DNA of 64,000 bases from an uncultured Solirubrobacteraceae bacterium (GTDB taxonomy: Bacteria; Actinomycetota; Thermoleophilia; Solirubrobacterales; Solirubrobacteraceae). Of this stretch, positions 59,873-64,000 are shown piece by piece. The notes beneath the pieces are model-generated. The model saw nothing but the letters and a program-made list of their open reading frames with translations, was not told the DNA's origin and searched no databases. Positions within the stretch are counted from its first letter, which is position 1, and the number at the start of each line of letters is the position of its first letter. The stretch lies in NCBI GenBank assembly GCA_963720975.1, contig CAVRHJ010000007.1, positions 417,995 through 481,994 of the forward strand. The letters run 5' to 3'. The position numbers were made by a program, and so were the translations under genes.

Positions 59873-61378
59873 TCATGACCAGCCCGGCTGTTCGCACGCC
59901 AGCTCAATCGCGCGCATAACGGCACGGGTCTTGGCAACCGACTCCTCGTACTCGTACTCGGGCTTGGCGTCGGCGACCGTGCCGCCGCCGGCCTGGACGT
60001 GGGCGGTGCCGTCCTTGACGACAACGGTGCGGATGTGGATCGCGGTGTCGAGGTCGCCTGCGTAGCTGAGGTAGCCGATCGCCCCGCCATAGCCTCCCCG
60101 CTTCACCGGCTCCAGCTCGTCGATGATCTGCATCGCGCGGACCTTGGGCGCGCCCGACAGCGTGCCCGCGGGCAATACCGCGCGCAGCGCGTCCATCGCT
60201 CCGACCCCGACGCGCAGCGTGCCCGATACCGAGGAGACGATGTGCATCACGTGGCTGTAGGTCTCGATCTCCATCAGCTCGTCGACGATCACGCTGCCGT
60301 ACTCGCAAACGCGCCCGAGGTCGTTGCGCCCCAGGTCGACCAGCATCACGTGCTCGGCGAGCTCCTTCTCGTCGGCCAGCAGCTCGGCCGCGATCCGGCG
60401 GTCCTCCTCCGGGCTCGCGCCACGGGGCCGCGTGCCGGCGATCGGCTTGGTGGCAACCTGACGCCCGGTGACTGTCAGCAGCGGCTCGGGGCTGGCACCC
60501 GCGACCTGGAAGTCGCCGAAGTCCAGGTAGTACATGTACGGACTCGGGTTGACCGCGCGCAGGCCACGGTAGATCGCGAACGCCTCGACCGGGGCAGGTC
60601 CCGACCAGCGCTGTGAGGGCACTACCTGGAAGGCATCGCCCGCGTAGATGTACTCGACGATGCGGGCGACCATGCCTTCGAACTGCTCGCGCGAGAGGTT
60701 AGAGCGGAAGTCGGGCATCTCGCGGGCTGGCGCGTGCGATCCGGCGTGCGGCTCGCCACGCGGCACGGGACCGGCGAGCGCGGAGCGCACTTCGCCGATC
60801 GTCTGCGCGGCCTGTTCGTACGCACGCTCGATGTCCGGCTCGGCCTGCAGGTCGGCGTTGGCGATGATCGTAACCGTGTGCTTGAGGTGGTCGAACACGA
60901 CCAGCGCGTCGGACAGCATCAGCGCCATGTCCGGCAGCCCGAGTGCGTCGGGCGGCGGATCGCCGAGCGGCTCGACGGCGCGCACGAGGTCATACCCGAA
61001 GAAGCCAACCGCGCCGCCGGTGAACGGCGGCGGGTCATCCATCGGCGCCTGCGTGAAGCGACCGACGCGCTCGGCGGCCAGCGCGTAGGGATCGCCGCCG
61101 TCCGCCAGCGACCAGCGCAGCACGGCGCGCGGTCGAAACCCGATGAACGACCAGCGCCCGACGCGCTGCCCCTGATCGGCGGACTCGAGCAGGAAGGCCG
61201 GCTCTCCTGGCGCGAGCGCACGCAGCTTCAGGAACGCCGACACCGGCGTCTCGCAATCCTCGATGAAGCTGCAGCGCAGTGGGATCAGGTCGTGCTCGCG
61301 CGCGAGCACGCGCGCCTGCGGCAGGTCCGGGGAGACGCTCACGGCGATCTCGCCCAGCGCGCTAGGAGCGGCGGCCAT
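59873..61378 (-). CDS. trpE: Anthranilate synthase component I
   Basis: LLES and NPSPYM Trp-feedback motifs, PIAGTR, EHVMLVDLGRND and GTLSGAPK. Confidence 0.95.
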   Translation of the reverse strand: MAAAPSALGEIAVSVSPDLPQARVLAREHDLIPLRCSFIEDCETPVSAFLKLRALAPGEPAFLLESADQGQRVGRWSFIGFRPRAVLRWSLADGGDPYALAAERVGRFTQAPMDDPPPFTGGAVGFFGYDLVRAVEPLGDPPPDALGLPDMALMLSDALVVFDHLKHTVTIIANADLQAEPDIERAYEQAAQTIGEVRSALAGPVPRGEPHAGSHAPAREMPDFRSNLSREQFEGMVARIVEYIYAGDAFQVVPSQRWSGPAPVEAFAIYRGLRAVNPSPYMYYLDFGDFQVAGASPEPLLTVTGRQVATKPIAGTRPRGASPEEDRRIAAELLADEKELAEHVMLVDLGRNDLGRVCEYGSVIVDELMEIETYSHVMHIVSSVSGTLRVGVGAMDALRAVLPAGTLSGAPKVRAMQIIDELEPVKRGGYGGAIGYLSYAGDLDTAIHIRTVVVKDGTAHVQAGGGTVADAKPEYEYEESVAKTRAVMRAIELACEQPGWS

Positions 61379-61985
61379 CGAGTACCCGCTCGGCGTCCGT
61401 GAGCGAGCGGCCCCGGCTGCGCATCAGCACCAGCAGGTGGTAGAGCACGTCGGCTGCCTCTTCGTCAACCCGCTCGTCGGACTCCTGCCGAGCCGCGCGC
61501 GCGACCTCCTCGGCCTCCTCCATCACCTTCTCGCCGATGCGGGCCGGATCCTCGAGCAGCTCGACGGTGTAGGAGCCTTGCGGGCGGGCGCTCGCGCGCT
61601 GCACGAGCGTCCGCTCGAGCGCCGGCAGCGTCTCGTACGGCGCTCCGGGCTCCAGATCGCCGCGGTGAAAGCACGTCCGCTCACCCGTGTGGCAGGCGGG
61701 GCCGGCCGGCTCCACGAGCGCCAGCAGCGTGTCGCCGTCGCAGTCCACCCGTAGCGCGCGCACGGCCTGCACGTTGCCGCTGGTTGCGCCCTTGTGCCAC
61801 TGCTCCCCGCGCGAGCGGCTCCACAGGTGAAGCTCGCCGGTCTCACGCGTACGACGAAACGCCTGCTCGTTCATGTAGGCGAGCGTGAGCACCTCGCCGG
61901 TGCTCCAGTCCTGCACGACGCACGGCACCAGCCCGTCGGCGTCGTACTCGAGCAGCTCCTCTATCGGGTCGGCGCCGTGGTTCAC
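61362..61985 (-). CDS. hisIE: Bifunctional PR-AMP cyclohydrolase / PR-ATP pyrophosphatase
   Basis: WSRSRGEQWHKGATSG, DCDGD, ACHTG...CF; EEAEE and EAADVLYH. Confidence 0.95.
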   Translation of the reverse strand: MNHGADPIEELLEYDADGLVPCVVQDWSTGEVLTLAYMNEQAFRRTRETGELHLWSRSRGEQWHKGATSGNVQAVRALRVDCDGDTLLALVEPAGPACHTGERTCFHRGDLEPGAPYETLPALERTLVQRASARPQGSYTVELLEDPARIGEKVMEEAEEVARAARQESDERVDEEAADVLYHLLVLMRSRGRSLTDAERVLDGRRS

Positions 61986-62044
61986 GATCGCTCGATTGTA
62001 GGTCCCGCCGCCCGGCCACCGGTTTCAGACACACTCCCACGGCG

Positions 62045-63022
62045 ATGCAATCGATCCTCGACCGCAAGTTGCTCGTGATCACCGGCAAGGGCGGGGTGGG
62101 CAAGACGACGATCGCGGCCGCTGTCGGGCTGGCGGCGGCGAACACGGGACGACGCGCGATCGTGGTCGAGGTCGGCGAGGAGAGTCGTCTGCCGGGGCTG
62201 TTCGGGGTCGCCGAGCCCGAGCCGGGCATCGAGATTGGGCTGCAGGAGGGCCTGTCGAGTATCTCGATCGACCCCGACCGCGCATTGCTCGAGTGGCTAC
62301 AGGCACTCGGCGGCCGCGTCTCAGGCCGGATGCTCGCCTCCAGCGGCACCTTTCAGTACTTCGCCGCCGCGGCGCCCGGCGCGAAGGAGCTGGTGACGAT
62401 GGTCAAGATTTGGCAGCTGACCCGCGGTGAGAGCAGGCGAGGCCACAGCGGCGGCCATGACCTGGTCGTTCTCGACGCTCCCGCTACCGGACATGCGCTG
62501 GGCATGCTCGGCTCACCGCAAACGTTTGGGGCGATCGCGCGTGTCGGTCCAATCGCCGGACAGACACGCCAGGTGCGCGAGCTGCTCGAGAGCCCTACCC
62601 GCACGGCTTACCTCGCGGTGGCACTGGGCACGGAGATGGCGGTCACCGAGGCGCTCGAGGTCCAGCAGGGCCTGCGCCGTCAGCTCGGTCGCGACCTCGC
62701 AGTGGTGGTCGTCAACGCGTTGCTGCCGCTTCGCTTCACTGGCACCGAGCTCGGGCGCATCGAGGCGCTGAGCGAAGATGCAACGACGGATGATCGGGAC
62801 AGCGTCGACACAGATCCGTCCGACGCGACGCGACGCGCCGTGGCAGCCTCGGCTTCGGCGGCTGCCCGCTCGGTGCACGACCGGGCGCGACTTCAGCACA
62901 ACCAGGTCGCCCGCCTGCGTCGCCGCAGCTTCGACGTGGTGGGAGTGCCGTTCGTGTGGGGAGCACACATGGACATGGCGGGTGTGTCGGGCATCGCCAG
63001 GAGGCTTGCGCGAAAGCTGTGA
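62045..63022 (+). CDS. ArsA/Get3-family P-loop ATPase
   Basis: GKGGVGKTT deviant Walker A, DLVVLDAPATGH, TEMAVTE and VVNAL. Confidence 0.85.
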   Translation: MQSILDRKLLVITGKGGVGKTTIAAAVGLAAANTGRRAIVVEVGEESRLPGLFGVAEPEPGIEIGLQEGLSSISIDPDRALLEWLQALGGRVSGRMLASSGTFQYFAAAAPGAKELVTMVKIWQLTRGESRRGHSGGHDLVVLDAPATGHALGMLGSPQTFGAIARVGPIAGQTRQVRELLESPTRTAYLAVALGTEMAVTEALEVQQGLRRQLGRDLAVVVVNALLPLRFTGTELGRIEALSEDATTDDRDSVDTDPSDATRRAVAASASAAARSVHDRARLQHNQVARLRRRSFDVVGVPFVWGAHMDMAGVSGIARRLARKL

Positions 63023-63899
63023 ACGTACCCGGCGCGAGCGTCGCCGCGGTCGCTGATGCCGACGCCGACGGGGCGCTCGGCACAAGCGCACCGGATACAC
63101 GTGCGACGGCGTCGGGGACGGACGCTGCGGGCGCCGGGCTCTCGACCTCGCCCGCGGCACCGGTCACGGGATGAGCTTCGTGCCCGCCCGGTCGGCCGTG
63201 CGGATGAGCCGCTCGCGAGGGGCCCTGGAACACGCGGCGCTCACCGGCCCGCGATCGATCGACCTGCTCGAACGCGCCATCCGCACCTAGTGGTGTGCCA
63301 CCGGGCGGCAGCGGGACGACCCGGCCGCGGATGAATTGCAGCCGCTCGTACTCCTCGAGCAGGTGCCCGAGCCGCTCGCGCGCGCTCTGAAGCCACTCGA
63401 TGCGCGCGCGCCACGACGCGATCTCGGCATCGCGCGAGAGTACGCGCATCAACCTCGACCAATCCCGCCGCTCATCCGGCGCTTCGAGGTCAGAGAGCCG
63501 CGTGAGATCGCGCAGCCGGCTCAGGCACGCCAGCTCCTGCCCGTAGACCGTGTCGATCAACCGTCTGAGGTTGCGAGGGCGGCACAGCGCGATCTTCATG
63601 TGCAGCTCGTCACGCAGAGGCGGCGCGGCGGAGGAACCGAGCATCCACGACTCGAAGTGATCGACACCCTGCTCGGTCGCCTCGTAGATCACCCGTGGAG
63701 CTGGACGACGATCGGCGCGCGGAGCTACCTCCTCTGCGGCGCGCACCATCCGCTCCCGGCTCAACTGCTCGAGTGCCGAATAAACGCCCGATGGTGCGAA
63801 CGCACACGAGCCAAAACGCTCCTCCAGGCGCTGCGCCAGCTGGTATCCGTAACCGGGGCGCTCGATCACGAGGCCCAACACCGCGTACTTCGCCGACAA
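62736..63899 (-). CDS. PadR-family transcriptional regulator; 3' extent doubtful
   Basis: VLGLVIERPGYGYQL, SGVYSAL, R.IYEATEQG and RDELHMKI; GGAGG RBS. About 190 residues of low-complexity run-on follow the recognisable domains. Confidence 0.8.
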   Translation of the reverse strand: MSAKYAVLGLVIERPGYGYQLAQRLEERFGSCAFAPSGVYSALEQLSRERMVRAAEEVAPRADRRPAPRVIYEATEQGVDHFESWMLGSSAAPPLRDELHMKIALCRPRNLRRLIDTVYGQELACLSRLRDLTRLSDLEAPDERRDWSRLMRVLSRDAEIASWRARIEWLQSARERLGHLLEEYERLQFIRGRVVPLPPGGTPLGADGAFEQVDRSRAGERRVFQGPSRAAHPHGRPGGHEAHPVTGAAGEVESPAPAASVPDAVARVSGALVPSAPSASASATAATLAPGTFTAFAQASWRCPTHPPCPCVLPTRTALPPRRSCGDAGGRPGCAEVAPGRAPSGQPPKPRLPRRVASRRTDLCRRCPDHPSLHLRSAPRCARARCQ

Positions 63900-64000
63900 T
63901 CTCGACCCTCCCTCGCTGACTGCCTCGGCGCAGAAGGTATCCCAAAACAGCTCGCCGCGTGTACCGAAGGTAGGACCAATCGCGTGTGTTCGGATTCCCC

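Overview
Core-genome segment of a very GC-rich (about 70% by eye) actinobacterium, most likely Thermoleophilia/Solirubrobacterales. The taxon is inferred from split gcvPA/gcvPB, a class I-beta DAHP synthase, AroH, a stand-alone trpF and a lineage-typical secreted-protein C-terminal domain. Most genes lie on the minus strand, in these blocks: hisIE-trpE-trpG-trpD-trpC-htrA-trpF-trpB-trpA; a dcw cluster (mraZ to ftsZ) lacking murD, ddl and ftsA; gcvT-H-PA-PB; trpS-scpA-scpB-rluB-aroH-hisC-aroF-tyrA-aroA-cmk-der-metK; and priA-def-fmt-rsmB-rpe. Small accessory genes sit at many operon junctions. I recognised no rRNA, tRNA, CRISPR array, integrase or transposase. Main observations not in the ORF track: (1) a 30-codon leader ORF upstream of aroF ending in W..Y..W.F inside a hairpin, a candidate attenuator sensing all three aromatic amino acids; (2) two decayed toxin-antitoxin modules, a mazEF7-like pair with frameshifted toxin and half an antitoxin, and hicB with truncated hicA; (3) trpD frameshifted at a G7 run; (4) a promoter with MraZ-type boxes and a perfect palindrome before ftsZ; (5) an unannotated 53-aa membrane protein after trpA and an 82-aa four-CxxC protein coupled to rpe; (6) frequent short tandem duplications at gene ends and apparently leaderless starts. 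All family assignments come from motif recognition and recall; no database searches were run.
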